A DNA stretch of 64,000 nucleotides, taken from assembly GCA_965178295.1 (NCBI GenBank), contig CBCXTT010000002.1, positions 101,178 through 165,177 of the forward strand, written 5' to 3'. Positions 10,627-21,746 of the stretch are shown here, piece by piece. Made by a program: the position numbers and the translations under genes. The notes beneath the pieces are model-generated. The model had not been told where the DNA came from, did not search any database, and worked only from the letters and a program-made list of their open reading frames with translations. The DNA is from Alphaproteobacteria bacterium (GTDB lineage: Bacteria > Pseudomonadota > Alphaproteobacteria > UBA7879). How positions within the stretch are numbered: position 1 is the stretch's first letter; every line of letters starts with the position of its first letter.

Positions 10627-11321
10627 AAGAACGATCAGTTCAAAATTTCATCTACTACTCTGTACACAAATGCCTAGATGATATAGAACAATTCATGACG
10701 TGCACCCAGTGAATATAGATGACAAGCATAGCTCCACACGCAACGTATATGCATACGCAAAGGCGTCACAGCACGTGCAAGATGAATCCGTTTTTTATAG
10801 GTGACCTTGATCTCGCATCACTATAAAAATTTTATCTTTATTCCCTGGGTTACATACGACCTTTTTATGCTCACGCATCAATTCTGTGATACTAAAGCGC
10901 ATAGACAATGGTAGAGCGATCAGACAATTATTGTTCCAAGATGCGGAGCTATATGATACTGTATAATTTAGTGCATAACACATAGGCAGTATTTCAAGCA
11001 GAAAACTCCTATCCTAGCGCACGCCATAAAGTTGCATCACCATACCTTGAGAACGCAGCAAATAGGGTAGAAGCTGGAGCAGCTCTCGGCCCATATGCAA
11101 AGGACAATACTCCAGGAAAGATGGTAACTCTTGATACAAGTAGTCAGCTAAATGCGGTCATGCCGCCCAACAGACTCGGAGAATGCGTATGCCACGAAAA
11201 AGCGTTAGCGCTATCTTTAGACAGTGCTTGCAGACACAGCACATCTGGTAGTGCAGACTTTGTATAAAGCCTATTCCCATTCACAGGGTGTACGCACCGC
11301 ACATTTGGGTAAAAATATCCT

Positions 11322-11350
11322 TTGCAATATTTTTTTTTGTCTGATAGTAA
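11322..11350 (+). promoter_or_regulatory. Sigma70-like promoter of tRNA-Asn
   Basis: TTGCAA-17 bp-TAGTAA ending 12 bp before the tRNA; lacks the -7 T, as is common in Alphaproteobacteria. Confidence 0.5.
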
Positions 11351-11362
11351 TGTATCCATTGA

Positions 11363-11438
11363 TCCCCGGTAGCTCAGTTGGTAGAGCAAGTGGCTGTTAA
11401 CCACTGGGTCGCTGGTTCGAGTCCGGCCCGGGGAGCCA
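11363..11438 (+). tRNA. tRNA-Asn (GTT)
   Basis: TCCCCGGTAGCTCAGTTGGTAGAGCAAGTGGCTGTTAACCACTGGGTCGCTGGTTCGAGTCCGGCCCGGGGAGCCA. Confidence 0.97.
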
Positions 11439-11553
11439 TTTCCATATACCGAATCAGTAATTTTCAAAATTAATTTCTAACGTCGTTTTTCTGTGTATAT
11501 TATGATATAAGTGTGTCTTGATATTCTGGCAATGAAACAAGGGTTTTCTTAAG

Positions 11554-14232
11554 ATGCTCAAACTTCTAAAGCGCCTTATTGGCTCTGCAAATGATCGCAC
11601 CATCACTAGATGTGAAAAAATTGTTAAAAAAATAAATGCACTAGAGCCTGAAATCAGTGCGTTAAATGAGGATCAACTTAAGTACCAGACGCATAAATTA
11701 AAAGGACGCCTTACAGAGGGTGAAACCTTAGATGACATTCTTGTCGAGGCCTTTGCAACCGTGCGGGAGACTTCAAAACGTATTTTAGGTGAGCGTCATT
11801 ATGATGTGCAGCTCATGGGTGGTATGGTTTTACACTGGGGCATGATTGCAGAAATGCGCACAGGTGAAGGAAAAACTTTGGTCTCAACACTGCCGGCTTA
11901 TCTGAACGCCCTGTCCGGTAAGGGCGTGCATATTGTAACCGTTAATGACTACCTAGCAGAACGTGATTCGAATTGGATGGGCCAAATACATCGTTTTCTG
12001 GGCTTGACTGTTGGCTGTATTAACAACGATATGAGCGATCAAAAGCGGAAAGAGGTGTATAACGCGGATATTACATATGCAACCAACAACGAGCTTGGTT
12101 TTGATTATCTACGTGACAACATGAAATTTCGCATTGATGAAATGGCGCAACGCCCTTTTAATTATGCTATCGTTGATGAAATGGATAGTATATTAATCGA
12201 TGAGGCAAGAACACCCCTTATTATTTCTGGACCATCCGAAGGATCCTCAGACCTCTATCTTGTAGCAGATAAGGTTGTGCAGAAACTAACTGAAGCAGAT
12301 TATGAGCTTGATGAAAAACAAAACAATGCAACTTTGACAGAAGTGGGCATGGAACACGTCGAAACTTTACTGAAGGAAGCAAACGCTCTGAAAACAAATT
12401 CTCTTTATGACATACAAAATGTTGATTGCGTTCACCACATCAACCAAGCTCTTAAGGCGCATCACCTGCATCACAAAGATAAAGATTATATCGTGAAAGA
12501 TGGTCGCGTTATTTTGATTGATGAATTTACAGGCCGCATGATGGAGGGGCGACGCTTTTCTGATGGGCTACACCAAGCCCTGGAGTCAAAAGAAAGTGTT
12601 GAGATACAAATGGAAAATCAGACGCTTGCCTCCATCACCTTCCAAAACTTTTTTAGACTTTATCCAAAACTATCTGGGATGTCAGGCACAGCTATCACAG
12701 AAGCCGCTGAATTTTCAGATATTTATAATCTTGACGTTATTGTACTCCCGACAAATGTGCCCTGTGCACGTACAGATGAAGATGACGCAGTATACAGGAC
12801 AGAGCGCGAAAAATTTGATGCGATTGTTGCACTTGTGCAAGAATGTGGCATTACAAAACAACCTGTTCTCATCGGCACCGCAAGCATTGAAAAATCAGAG
12901 CAGCTATCCAGTGAACTTAAGCGTCACCATATTGCTCACAATGTTTTAAATGCACGGTATCATGACAAAGAAGCCAGTATCATTGCGCAAGCAGGTGAAC
13001 CTGGAGCGGTCACAATTGCAACCAACATGGCGGGCCGCGGTACAGATATTAAGCTCGGGGGCAATGTGGAGGAACGCATCCGTGTCGCTATGCAGATCTC
13101 AAACAATTGCTCTACCAAAAAAGAAAATGATATCAAGAATGAGATGTCACGAGACCACGATCGCGTAAAAGAAGCAGGAGGTCTCTATGTTATTGGAACG
13201 GAGCGTCACGAAAGTCGCCGCATTGACAATCAACTGCGCGGCCGTTCAGGTCGTCAGGGAGACCCGGGCTCATCCAAATTCTTTCTCTCTCTAGAAGACG
13301 ATTTAATGCGTATCTTTGGCTCAGGTCGCCTAGATAGTATGCTCCAAAAATTGGGTCTTGACGCAGGAGAAGCCATTACGCATCCCTGGATCAACAAAGC
13401 AATTGAGCGTGCGCAATCTAAAGTTGAGGCCCGAAACTTCGATGTACGTAAACATCTGTTAAAATATGATGATGTAATGAATCATCAACGCCAAGCAATC
13501 TACGAACAACGGCGTGAAATTATGCTGACTAATGATATTTCTGATACAATAGAAGAAATGCGTATCAGCACAATCGAAGATATGATAAGTCGTGCAATTC
13601 CATCAAAATCCTATGAAGCGCAATGGAACGTCGACGGCCTGCATGAGGCGTGCCTACGTATTTTTGGCCTTGACCTCTCTCTTCACAAATGGGCTACCGA
13701 AGACGGTATGACGGATAAGACAATCCAAGCTCGCATTACAACAGCTGTCAATGATCTTTTTAAGGCAAGCTACAGTGCAATAGATGATTCAAACCATCGC
13801 GGGATGGAAAAAGCTATTCTTCTGCGAGTCTTAGACCAAACATGGAAAGATCACCTGCTCTCTCTTGACCATCTACGCCAAGGCATTAATTTACGTGCTT
13901 ATGGGCAAAAAGATCCATTAAATGAGTATAAACGTGAAGCATTCATGTTCTTTGAAGATATGCTAGGTCGCTTGCGAGAACGTACAATGAGCATTCTTTC
14001 ACAATTTAACCTTAGCAGCGCTCAAGCAGAAGACGTTGCCCCCGAGCCTGCACAGGCAATGTATATGCATCATGGAACAGAGAAGTCAGCAACACCGTCA
14101 ACACGTGTAGGACGAAGAGCGGCTGAAGAAATGGACCCTCACGAGCCAGAAACCTGGGGGCGCATTGCGCGCAATAATCCCTGCCCTTGTGGGTCTGGTA
14201 AAAAGTATAAAGTTTGCCACGGAAAGTTATAG
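11554..14232 (+). CDS. secA: Preprotein translocase ATPase SecA
   Basis: [51 protein letters not shown]-terminal SEC-C motif [13 protein letters not shown]. Confidence 0.99.
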   Translation: MLKLLKRLIGSANDRTITRCEKIVKKINALEPEISALNEDQLKYQTHKLKGRLTEGETLDDILVEAFATVRETSKRILGERHYDVQLMGGMVLHWGMIAEMRTGEGKTLVSTLPAYLNALSGKGVHIVTVNDYLAERDSNWMGQIHRFLGLTVGCINNDMSDQKRKEVYNADITYATNNELGFDYLRDNMKFRIDEMAQRPFNYAIVDEMDSILIDEARTPLIISGPSEGSSDLYLVADKVVQKLTEADYELDEKQNNATLTEVGMEHVETLLKEANALKTNSLYDIQNVDCVHHINQALKAHHLHHKDKDYIVKDGRVILIDEFTGRMMEGRRFSDGLHQALESKESVEIQMENQTLASITFQNFFRLYPKLSGMSGTAITEAAEFSDIYNLDVIVLPTNVPCARTDEDDAVYRTEREKFDAIVALVQECGITKQPVLIGTASIEKSEQLSSELKRHHIAHNVLNARYHDKEASIIAQAGEPGAVTIATNMAGRGTDIKLGGNVEERIRVAMQISNNCSTKKENDIKNEMSRDHDRVKEAGGLYVIGTERHESRRIDNQLRGRSGRQGDPGSSKFFLSLEDDLMRIFGSGRLDSMLQKLGLDAGEAITHPWINKAIERAQSKVEARNFDVRKHLLKYDDVMNHQRQAIYEQRREIMLTNDISDTIEEMRISTIEDMISRAIPSKSYEAQWNVDGLHEACLRIFGLDLSLHKWATEDGMTDKTIQARITTAVNDLFKASYSAIDDSNHRGMEKAILLRVLDQTWKDHLLSLDHLRQGINLRAYGQKDPLNEYKREAFMFFEDMLGRLRERTMSILSQFNLSSAQAEDVAPEPAQAMYMHHGTEKSATPSTRVGRRAAEEMDPHEPETWGRIARNNPCPCGSGKKYKVCHGKL

Positions 14233-14626
14233 CCATGTACACTCAATGTATTTTTTGAGAACAATAACGACACAGCATCCAGAGGAAATGAACAAGAAAT
14301 TTCTTAAAAAATTACACGCCTAATGAACGTTATCTCACGGCTTCAACACAAAAAAAAACAGAAGGCCGTTCAAAATCTTCAAGGTATGCTGATAGAAAAT
14401 ATATAGGCCTCTGAAGACTTGCGTGCAATTGGTAGTCACAGTCTTAAGCGTCAATCCAATTTCAGCTCTTCTCAAATCTATGCTTCTCAAGGCCTCTCTT
14501 TTTTGTATGTATTGCCTGGGTTGATATAGAGGATGGAGGAAAAATTAGAAGATATCGATCTTCTATCAAAAATCTCTCCGTTATCCGCTAGAATGAAGAT
14601 CACATCAATCATGATAGCGGCATAGA
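14233..14626 (+). pseudogene. Degraded helical orphan gene
   Basis: One frame of about 130 codons with only 3 internal stops: ..KITRLMNVISRLQHKKKQKAVQNLQGMLIENI*ASEDLRAIG..LI*RMEEKLEDIDLLSKIS.. Confidence 0.35.
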
Positions 14627-14642
14627 ACCGCTAAGCGCAAAA

Positions 14643-16409
14643 TTATAATTCTGACAAATTCTTGTAAAACATATTATGCGCTAAAAGTTCATTATGGGTT
14701 CCGCTCGCCACAATTTTTCCTTTATCCAATAAAATAATACGGTCCATTTGTTGAATGGTTGACAAACGATGACTAATCACCACTATTGTTTGATGTACCG
14801 CGCGACGTCTAAGCGCTTTGTAAACATGTATCTCGTTCTCAATATCCAGAGAACTAGTTGACTCGTCTAACAGCAAAATGGGTGCAGATTTTAATAGTGC
14901 ACGCGCAATCGAAATACGCTGCTTCTGCCCACCTGACAAACGCATACCTTTTTCTCCTACAATGGTATCGTATCCTTCCGATAAATCATGCACAAATTTA
15001 CTTACAGCAGCGCTGTCTACAGCGCTTTTAAAGTCCGCAGAAGTCGCATCTGGTTTTCCGTATAAAATATTATCCCGAATGGTACCTGAAAATATCACAG
15101 GATCTTGTGGGGCAAAGGCAATCCGTTGACGCAAATCTGTCAATAAAATCTCATTTATAGGGATATCATCCAAAAGAATCCATCCACTCGATATAGGGTA
15201 AAAGCCTAGTAACAACTGAAAAATTGTTGTCTTTCCAATACCGCTATTTCCAACAATAGCAATGCGCTCCCCTGGCTGAATCAAGAACGATATCTCATCT
15301 AAAATCATCACTTCTTTTCGCGCAGGATAGGAAAAAGACACGTTTTTAAAAATAATTTTTGGGTGTAGAGGCATTGCTTTGGATATTGCAATACTATGCT
15401 GCTCTCCCGGCAAGCGCAGAACGTGCTCCAATCGTTCTGCCGCACCTAAAGCGCGCTGAATTTGCCCCATACTTTCGCTAAGACTATTGATGGTTGCAGC
15501 CACAATTATCGCATAAAAAATAAAGGCCGATAAGGCCCCTCCTGTCATTCCTCCTGCAATCACCGATTGCGCCCCAAACCATAAAACTGCACCTACACCA
15601 CTAAAGACAATTAAAATTACTAGAAAAACAAGCTGACCTCGTCTCTTGATTTGGAATAAAGTATGCTCAACCGCCTTATCTAGGGACTGGTCAAGCATTT
15701 TTAAGGTCCAAGGCTCTTTGCAAAATGACTTAACCGTTTTAACAGCATAAATACATTCTTCTGCGATATTTCCTACATCACCAATGCTCATTTGGGCCGT
15801 TTTTAACGAGGACTTCACTCGGCGCCCCATCATAAAAATTGGGATAAGTGCGCACGGCACAATTAAAAAAACCATAAGCGAAAGCTTACAATTTGTGAGT
15901 AGCATCATAATAATACCACCAATCATAATAAGCAGATTTCGTGCCATAATAGGCAATGCAGTACTCAGAAGAATTTGAAGGATCGCCGTATCGGTGTTGA
16001 GCCGCGCAAGAAGCTCTCCTGTGCGAGTCGACTCTGCATAAGAGATTGGTGCTGCAAGAATATTCTGGAAAATACGGCTTTTTATACCTTGTATAAAACG
16101 CTCCCCGATCCATGTCACAAGATATAAACGGCTATAACTGGCGATTCCCATGCAAAAAATCGCGATCCCCAGCATAAAAAGGGCTGTATTAAGTGCCCGA
16201 ACATCATTATGCATCAAGCCCTGATCTATTAATTGTCGTACGCCCATTCCCACAGCAAGAACAGCAGCAGAAGCAACACATAAAAAAAAGAACGTTCCTA
16301 ATAGAGCACCTTTTTTTACCGAGGACATTTTGAAGAGAATTTTTAATGCAGACCAGCCATATCTTTGATCACTTCCTGCACTTTGTTTTTTAGACGCTGT
16401 AATTGTCAC
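14643..16409 (-). CDS. ABC exporter, fused permease/ATPase (MsbA/ABCB-like)
   Basis: N-terminal TM domain, GNSGIGKTT Walker A, LSGGQKQR signature, LLLDES Walker B, H-loop SHRLST. Confidence 0.95.
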   Translation of the reverse strand: MTITASKKQSAGSDQRYGWSALKILFKMSSVKKGALLGTFFFLCVASAAVLAVGMGVRQLIDQGLMHNDVRALNTALFMLGIAIFCMGIASYSRLYLVTWIGERFIQGIKSRIFQNILAAPISYAESTRTGELLARLNTDTAILQILLSTALPIMARNLLIMIGGIIMMLLTNCKLSLMVFLIVPCALIPIFMMGRRVKSSLKTAQMSIGDVGNIAEECIYAVKTVKSFCKEPWTLKMLDQSLDKAVEHTLFQIKRRGQLVFLVILIVFSGVGAVLWFGAQSVIAGGMTGGALSAFIFYAIIVAATINSLSESMGQIQRALGAAERLEHVLRLPGEQHSIAISKAMPLHPKIIFKNVSFSYPARKEVMILDEISFLIQPGERIAIVGNSGIGKTTIFQLLLGFYPISSGWILLDDIPINEILLTDLRQRIAFAPQDPVIFSGTIRDNILYGKPDATSADFKSAVDSAAVSKFVHDLSEGYDTIVGEKGMRLSGGQKQRISIARALLKSAPILLLDESTSSLDIENEIHVYKALRRRAVHQTIVVISHRLSTIQQMDRIILLDKGKIVASGTHNELLAHNMFYKNLSEL

Positions 16410-16422
16410 GCAAAATACATAC

Positions 16423-16881
16423 TTAATTTACAGACGTATCTGGCACTGTTTGCCGCTTGCGATATAATTCTACAAAATCCACCGGATTCAACAATAGTGG
16501 CGGCATGCCACCATCACGAGTTAAATCTGCTACAATGTTGCGAGCAAATGGAAAAAGCAAGCGAGGACATTCTATCAAAAGTAATATCTGCAGAGCCTCA
16601 TCATCTTTCTTCGCCACATCAAAAAGGCCTCCATATGTTAATTCTACCAAGAAAACATTTTCTTTTTCTCGAACCGCCTGTGCTGAAATATGCAAAATGA
16701 CCTCATACACGTTTTCCCCAACCATGTCAGCCCGCACCTGTACATTTACATTAATCTCAGGGACGCCTTGGGGCTTCGCTACACTTTCAACAATTCTAGG
16801 ATTTTCAAAAGAAACATCCTTGATATATTGACTAATAACGCCAAAAGAGAAGGACGGGGTATCAGTTTGGTCATTTAACAT
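16423..16881 (-). CDS. secB: Protein-export chaperone SecB
   Basis: QYIKDVSFENP, FLVELTYGGLF, IECPRLLFPFAR, GGMPPLLLNPVDF; AGGAG RBS before ATG 16881. Confidence 0.97.
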   Translation of the reverse strand: MLNDQTDTPSFSFGVISQYIKDVSFENPRIVESVAKPQGVPEINVNVQVRADMVGENVYEVILHISAQAVREKENVFLVELTYGGLFDVAKKDDEALQILLLIECPRLLFPFARNIVADLTRDGGMPPLLLNPVDFVELYRKRQTVPDTSVN

Positions 16882-17051
16882 CAATAAACTCCTTCTCATA
16901 AAATAAACTTACAGTATCTTCAATAGCATAAATCTATGGGATTGACAATCAAAGGTTCATTAGCAGGACATGAAACAATATTGCTATACTAGAGCAAATG
17001 TTTTATGGTGGAGAACAAGTCTGTCTTTACAACTTAAGGTATTAATGCGCC

Positions 17052-17597
17052 ATGAAACTTTTCAGCATTCTTATATTGTCCGTTGCTCTGCTCTTCACAA
17101 CAAGTTGCACGCGCCAAATTAATCCTAATATTTACCAAGCGGGCGCCGTGGGCGAAGCCTCTCAAGCATATCGTGGAACTATTATTGGTCTGAGGAGCGT
17201 TCATATAGACGAGAGTGAACGACTAAGCCAAAATACAATGGGCGGTGGTCTCGGTGCTGTTGCAGGAGGAGTCCTAGGTTCACAAATTGGTGGCGGTAAA
17301 AAGGCTCATGTCATAGGTGCGCTTGCAGGCGCATTAGCAGGAGGCATGGGCGGTGCCTATTTACAGGACAAGATGGGCCACCAAGAAGGTATCGAATATA
17401 CAGTTGAGCTTAAAAATGGAAAGATTATGACAGTTGTTCAGGGGCCTGAAAATGTTTATGCTATTGAACAGCCGATACTGGTCATCATATCCAATAAGGG
17501 GCGCTCCAGAATTATTCCAGCGCCAACAAACGGAGAATCTTTGACCAAAAGACAGACTAAAAAAGAATGCAAAGAAAGAAAAAAGGGCAAAAAGTAA
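17052..17597 (+). CDS. Glycine-zipper outer-membrane lipoprotein (SlyB/Rickettsia 17-kDa-like)
   Basis: Lipobox FTTSC, glycine zipper GGGLGAVAGGVLGSQIGGG..GALAGALAGGMGG; Lys-rich C-tail. Confidence 0.85.
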   Translation: MKLFSILILSVALLFTTSCTRQINPNIYQAGAVGEASQAYRGTIIGLRSVHIDESERLSQNTMGGGLGAVAGGVLGSQIGGGKKAHVIGALAGALAGGMGGAYLQDKMGHQEGIEYTVELKNGKIMTVVQGPENVYAIEQPILVIISNKGRSRIIPAPTNGESLTKRQTKKECKERKKGKK

Positions 17598-17917
17598 TGA
17601 CAAGTATTTCTGCAACAGATCAAACTTTTGACAAAGAAGTAACGAAGGCACCCGGCATCGTGCTCGTAGATTTCTGGGCTGAGTGGTGTGGACCGTGTCG
17701 CATGTTGAGTCCTATACTAGAAGAAGTCTCAGAAGAGTTGGGACACAAGGCAAAAATCGTCAAAATTAATATTGATGAAAGCCCAGGCACAGCAACAAAA
17801 AATGGAGTACGCAGCATTCCAACGCTTATTTTGTTCAAAGATGGAAAGCCCGTCGAAACACGCGTTGGAAATACGCCCAAAAGCAAAATTATACGCTGGA
17901 TTGAAGGCGCCTTATAA
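17597..17917 (+). CDS. trxA: Thioredoxin
   Basis: VDFWAEWCGPC, GVRSIPTL; ATG overlaps the upstream TAA. Confidence 0.97.
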   Translation: MTSISATDQTFDKEVTKAPGIVLVDFWAEWCGPCRMLSPILEEVSEELGHKAKIVKINIDESPGTATKNGVRSIPTLILFKDGKPVETRVGNTPKSKIIRWIEGAL

Positions 17918-18671
17918 TCCTGAGCTCCTCTGAGTCTCTTTATGGTTCAATGCCTTTTTTATCCATACATTACTCATCTGAATACGTAAAATTGTAACTG
18001 CGCGTGTTAGCATAAGAATTTTTTATGTAACTTTGTCCGGTTGTATACAGTGCAGGAGGATTGCCAACGACTAAAAAGAGGTGTTCTCTATACACAGCAC
18101 ATGTTCAATGCGCAAAAATACTCCGTGTGTTAACAGTGTCAAAGCTTGGGGAGCACAACACCACCTCCCCCCTGAATTCATGCCACCCTATTTCTTCCTA
18201 AAACATGCTTCAACGACTAAATTTCCTCATAGATTCTATCTTTTCCAACCATTTCTATGTCATTGGATCGTCTGCAGGTGCTTTTCTTGACAAAATATAT
18301 GATCTCGTCATGCCTTGCAGGGATCGTGCTCTCCAACAAAATGGTACCTTTCGTAATAACTTGTACCACCTGTGCCGCAAGAATCTTGCCTCAACATTAA
18401 CGGGATGATTGCTGTACAATCTCTCTTAATTAAATCAATGGATCTCTGAAAATTCCATGAGATACACTACTGATCATTCTTGCGGCGACATCTGGAACAC
18501 GATATATACCTGCTCTGTATAATTTTATGCGATATTGCGATATCATCGTTACATATATATTTATACACCAAGCGTTGAGCAAGCCCCCCTAGGGTATCTT
18601 TCAAAGATACCAAGTTTCAACCGGAGACAAAGGTTTCATTGACAAAAAACTTTATGAGCACAGAAAAGTGT

Positions 18672-19667
18672 TTAGCACATCATACGTGCAACATCAATCA
18701 TTCTATTAGAAAACCCCCACTCATTGTCATACCAGGATAACACCCGATAGAAATTTTTTTGCACAACCTGGGTTTGCGTTGCATCAAATATACTGCTCTC
18801 AGGGCAATGATTAAAGTCTACCGAGACTAATGGCAATGTATTCATTCCAAGCACACCCTTCATATAAGAAGAAGATGCCATGGCCATGGCTTCATTGATA
18901 TCTTGGATTAGCAAACTTTTTTTTCCCATAAAGGTAAAATCTATGAGAGACACATTCGCTGTTGGCACTCGCACCGCTGTACCATCGATTTTTCCGGACA
19001 ACATGGGGAGAACAAGCCCCACCGCACGTGCAGCACCCGTTGTTGTGGGTATCATAGAAAGTGCTCCTGCTCGTGCGCGCCGCGGATCCTGATGCGCAGT
19101 ATCTATTAAACACTGGTCGCCTGTGTACGCATGGATTGTTGTCACAAATCCTTTCTCAATACCCACTTCTTTTTCTAAAACAGCTGCTACAGGCGCCAAA
19201 CAGTTCGTCGTACAAGATGCATTGGAGACAATAATATCATCTTGCGCCAATCTATCTTGGTTTACACCATACACAATAGTTTTATCTGCATCTGGGGATG
19301 GTGCAGAGATCAGTACTTTTTTAGCACCAGCGTTTATATGTTTGATAGAATCTTCACGCTTTGTAAAAACACCAGAGCATTCCAGCACAAGATCGACTGA
19401 CAACTCTCTCCATGGTAGCATTTCCGGTGATCGCTTCGACAGCATTTTTATCTGACGCCGCCCTACACACAGCGCACCATTTTCATAAGATGTATTCGTC
19501 AAAGCTCCGTGGACTGAATCATAGGCCAACAAATGGTGAGCAACTTCTGGGGTTGCCAAATCATTGATAGACACAACTTCTATATCATCGTGACTACCTT
19601 CACAAATAGCTCTCAGCACCAGGCGTCCGATACGCCCAAACCCATTAATCGCAACACGCATTGTCAT
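18672..19667 (-). CDS. gap: Type I glyceraldehyde-3-phosphate dehydrogenase
   Basis: INGFGRIGR, SNASCTTNCL, SWYDNEWGFS. Confidence 0.98.
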   Translation of the reverse strand: MTMRVAINGFGRIGRLVLRAICEGSHDDIEVVSINDLATPEVAHHLLAYDSVHGALTNTSYENGALCVGRRQIKMLSKRSPEMLPWRELSVDLVLECSGVFTKREDSIKHINAGAKKVLISAPSPDADKTIVYGVNQDRLAQDDIIVSNASCTTNCLAPVAAVLEKEVGIEKGFVTTIHAYTGDQCLIDTAHQDPRRARAGALSMIPTTTGAARAVGLVLPMLSGKIDGTAVRVPTANVSLIDFTFMGKKSLLIQDINEAMAMASSSYMKGVLGMNTLPLVSVDFNHCPESSIFDATQTQVVQKNFYRVLSWYDNEWGFSNRMIDVARMMC

Positions 19668-21652
19668 GCTTCACTCCCTTTGAAATACGCCATGGCTATT
19701 TTGGCACACAATATATCCGGTGTCAGTTCAAAATGCTTAAATAATGCTGATGCTGGCGCTGATTCTCCAAATGAATTAATGCCAAACCGCAAACCTGGAA
19801 TGGGTACATATTTTTCCCACCCCATCGTAGTGCCTGCTTCAATCGAGGCACGAAACACACCATCTGGTCCTAAAATAGTGCGTTGATAGTCCAATGACTG
19901 CTGGTCGAAAAGCGCCCAACATGGCATTGATACAACAACCGATTCAATGCCTTTGTGCATCAATTTTTCGGCCACATCCAATGCAAGATGAACCTCAGAT
20001 CCTGTTGCAATTAACGTCATATCACGCTTATTTTTAGTATCCTTTAAAATGTACGCACCACGTGCAGATAAGTTTACAGACACATCATGACGAACCGCAG
20101 GTACCGACTGTCGAGTTAAAGATAAAACGGCAGGACCATCCTCGTGAGCCAATGCTAGCACCCAACACTCAGCCGTCTCTACTAAATCTGCTGGACGAAA
20201 CACATGCATGTTGGGGATCAGGCGCAAACTCATAAGCTGTTCAATGGGTTGGTGCGTTGGGCCGTCTGCACCAAGTCCAATGGAATCGTGGGTCATCACA
20301 TAAATAACCCGCTGACGCATCAATGCCGATAAGCGCATTGCAGGACGCATATAATCCGAGAACACCAAAAAAGTGCCTCCATAAGGAATAAAACCGCCAT
20401 ACAAAGCCAAGCCGTTCATAATCGCGCTCATGGCATGTTCGCGCACACCATAATGTATATATGCTCCCGTGCTTTGGGGTGTTAACGGCATGGTATTACA
20501 AGATTTTGTATTGTTAGAGCCAGTTAAATCAGCTGATCCCCCCATAAGCTTTGGGATTTCTTGCGTCAATACATCCAAAACCTGTCCGGAGCTTTTTCGT
20601 GTTGCCTGATCCTGCTTAAGGTCTAAACACGCTACGGTACGCCAGAAATTATCTTGCCAACCCTGTGGCAATAAGGGAGATATGGAATGTTGAAACGCTG
20701 CCCGCCTCTTATCTGTCAGTCCGTTCAATGTATCTTGCCATTGTGAGTAGACTACTTTGGAGCGGTCTACACCTGCCTGCCAATGCGCCTGGGCATCTGT
20801 TGGCACTTCAAAGGACAGATAGGGCCAATCAAGTGCCTTTCGCATGGCTGCGACCTCCTCGGGCCCTAAAGGTGTCCCATGGGTTGCAGCAGTACCCTGT
20901 TTTGTAGGCGCTCCGCATCCAATGATTGTTTTGCATGCAATCAGTGTTGGCTTTGTTGACCGCTGGGCTGCTGAAATTGCTGCATAAATTTCCGAATGAT
21001 CATGCCCATCAATGCGACAAACATTCCACTTTGACGCTTTAAAACGCGCCAATTGATCGTCTGATGTGGCAAGGTCTGTTGAACCATCAATTGTAATCTC
21101 ATTATCATCAAAAAAGACGATGAGCTTTCCAAGTTCATGATGCCCCGCGAAAGATAATGCTTCTTGCGATATCCCCTCCATTAAACACCCGTCACCTGCA
21201 ACAACATAGGTAAAGTGTCCAACGAGGTCCGGAAAGTCATGATGACGCCGTTTTTCTGCAAGCGCCATACCTACGGCATTAGCAAATCCTTGTCCTAATG
21301 GACCCGTTGTGGTTTCAATGCCGGCAGCAACACCAAACTCTGGGTGCCCGGCCGCTTTGCTATATAAAGTCCGAAATGATTGCAGTGCAGATAAAGGCAT
21401 ATCAGTATAGCCCGTCAAATGCATGCACGCATAGAGCAGCATCGCTCCGTGTCCAGCAGACAAGATAAGCCTGTCTCGATTTGCCCACGTTGGGTCACGC
21501 GGATTAAACTGTAAAAAGTCGTGGTAGAGTACCGAAGCCACATCTGCCATACCAAGTGGAAGACCGGGATGACCAGATTGTGCGTTTTCAATCGCATCGA
21601 CGCTTAGAAAGCGGAGAGTGTTGGCCATAAGTGTGTATGTATCTTTTTGCAC
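19664..21652 (-). CDS. tkt: Transketolase
   Basis: SGHPGLPLG, TTGPLGQG, GDGCLMEG, HDSIGLGADGPTHQP; true start probably GTG 21652 (ORF-track extension overlaps the divergent gene). Confidence 0.97.
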   Translation of the reverse strand: MQKDTYTLMANTLRFLSVDAIENAQSGHPGLPLGMADVASVLYHDFLQFNPRDPTWANRDRLILSAGHGAMLLYACMHLTGYTDMPLSALQSFRTLYSKAAGHPEFGVAAGIETTTGPLGQGFANAVGMALAEKRRHHDFPDLVGHFTYVVAGDGCLMEGISQEALSFAGHHELGKLIVFFDDNEITIDGSTDLATSDDQLARFKASKWNVCRIDGHDHSEIYAAISAAQRSTKPTLIACKTIIGCGAPTKQGTAATHGTPLGPEEVAAMRKALDWPYLSFEVPTDAQAHWQAGVDRSKVVYSQWQDTLNGLTDKRRAAFQHSISPLLPQGWQDNFWRTVACLDLKQDQATRKSSGQVLDVLTQEIPKLMGGSADLTGSNNTKSCNTMPLTPQSTGAYIHYGVREHAMSAIMNGLALYGGFIPYGGTFLVFSDYMRPAMRLSALMRQRVIYVMTHDSIGLGADGPTHQPIEQLMSLRLIPNMHVFRPADLVETAECWVLALAHEDGPAVLSLTRQSVPAVRHDVSVNLSARGAYILKDTKNKRDMTLIATGSEVHLALDVAEKLMHKGIESVVVSMPCWALFDQQSLDYQRTILGPDGVFRASIEAGTTMGWEKYVPIPGLRFGINSFGESAPASALFKHFELTPDILCAKIAMAYFKGSEA

Positions 21653-21746
21653 AGTGCGCTCTCTATCTATTAAAATTTTTGGTTGCGCTATTTTGTACAA
21701 TATACATATAGTTCCCCTATGATGAAAGGCAGAAAATAGGCAATCC

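Noticed and set aside
14230-14640. Alternative genetic code (TAA/TAG = Gln, ciliate-like) or SecA read-through explaining stop-riddled frames
   Set aside because: Real genes end in TAA, TAG and TGA; other remnants need frameshifts or contain TGA; SecA ends at its normal SEC-C motif; being in frame with secA is a 1-in-3 chance
17918-18671. pgk remnant downstream of gap
   Set aside because: Minus-strand translations show no PGK motifs such as RVDLNVP or SHLGRP
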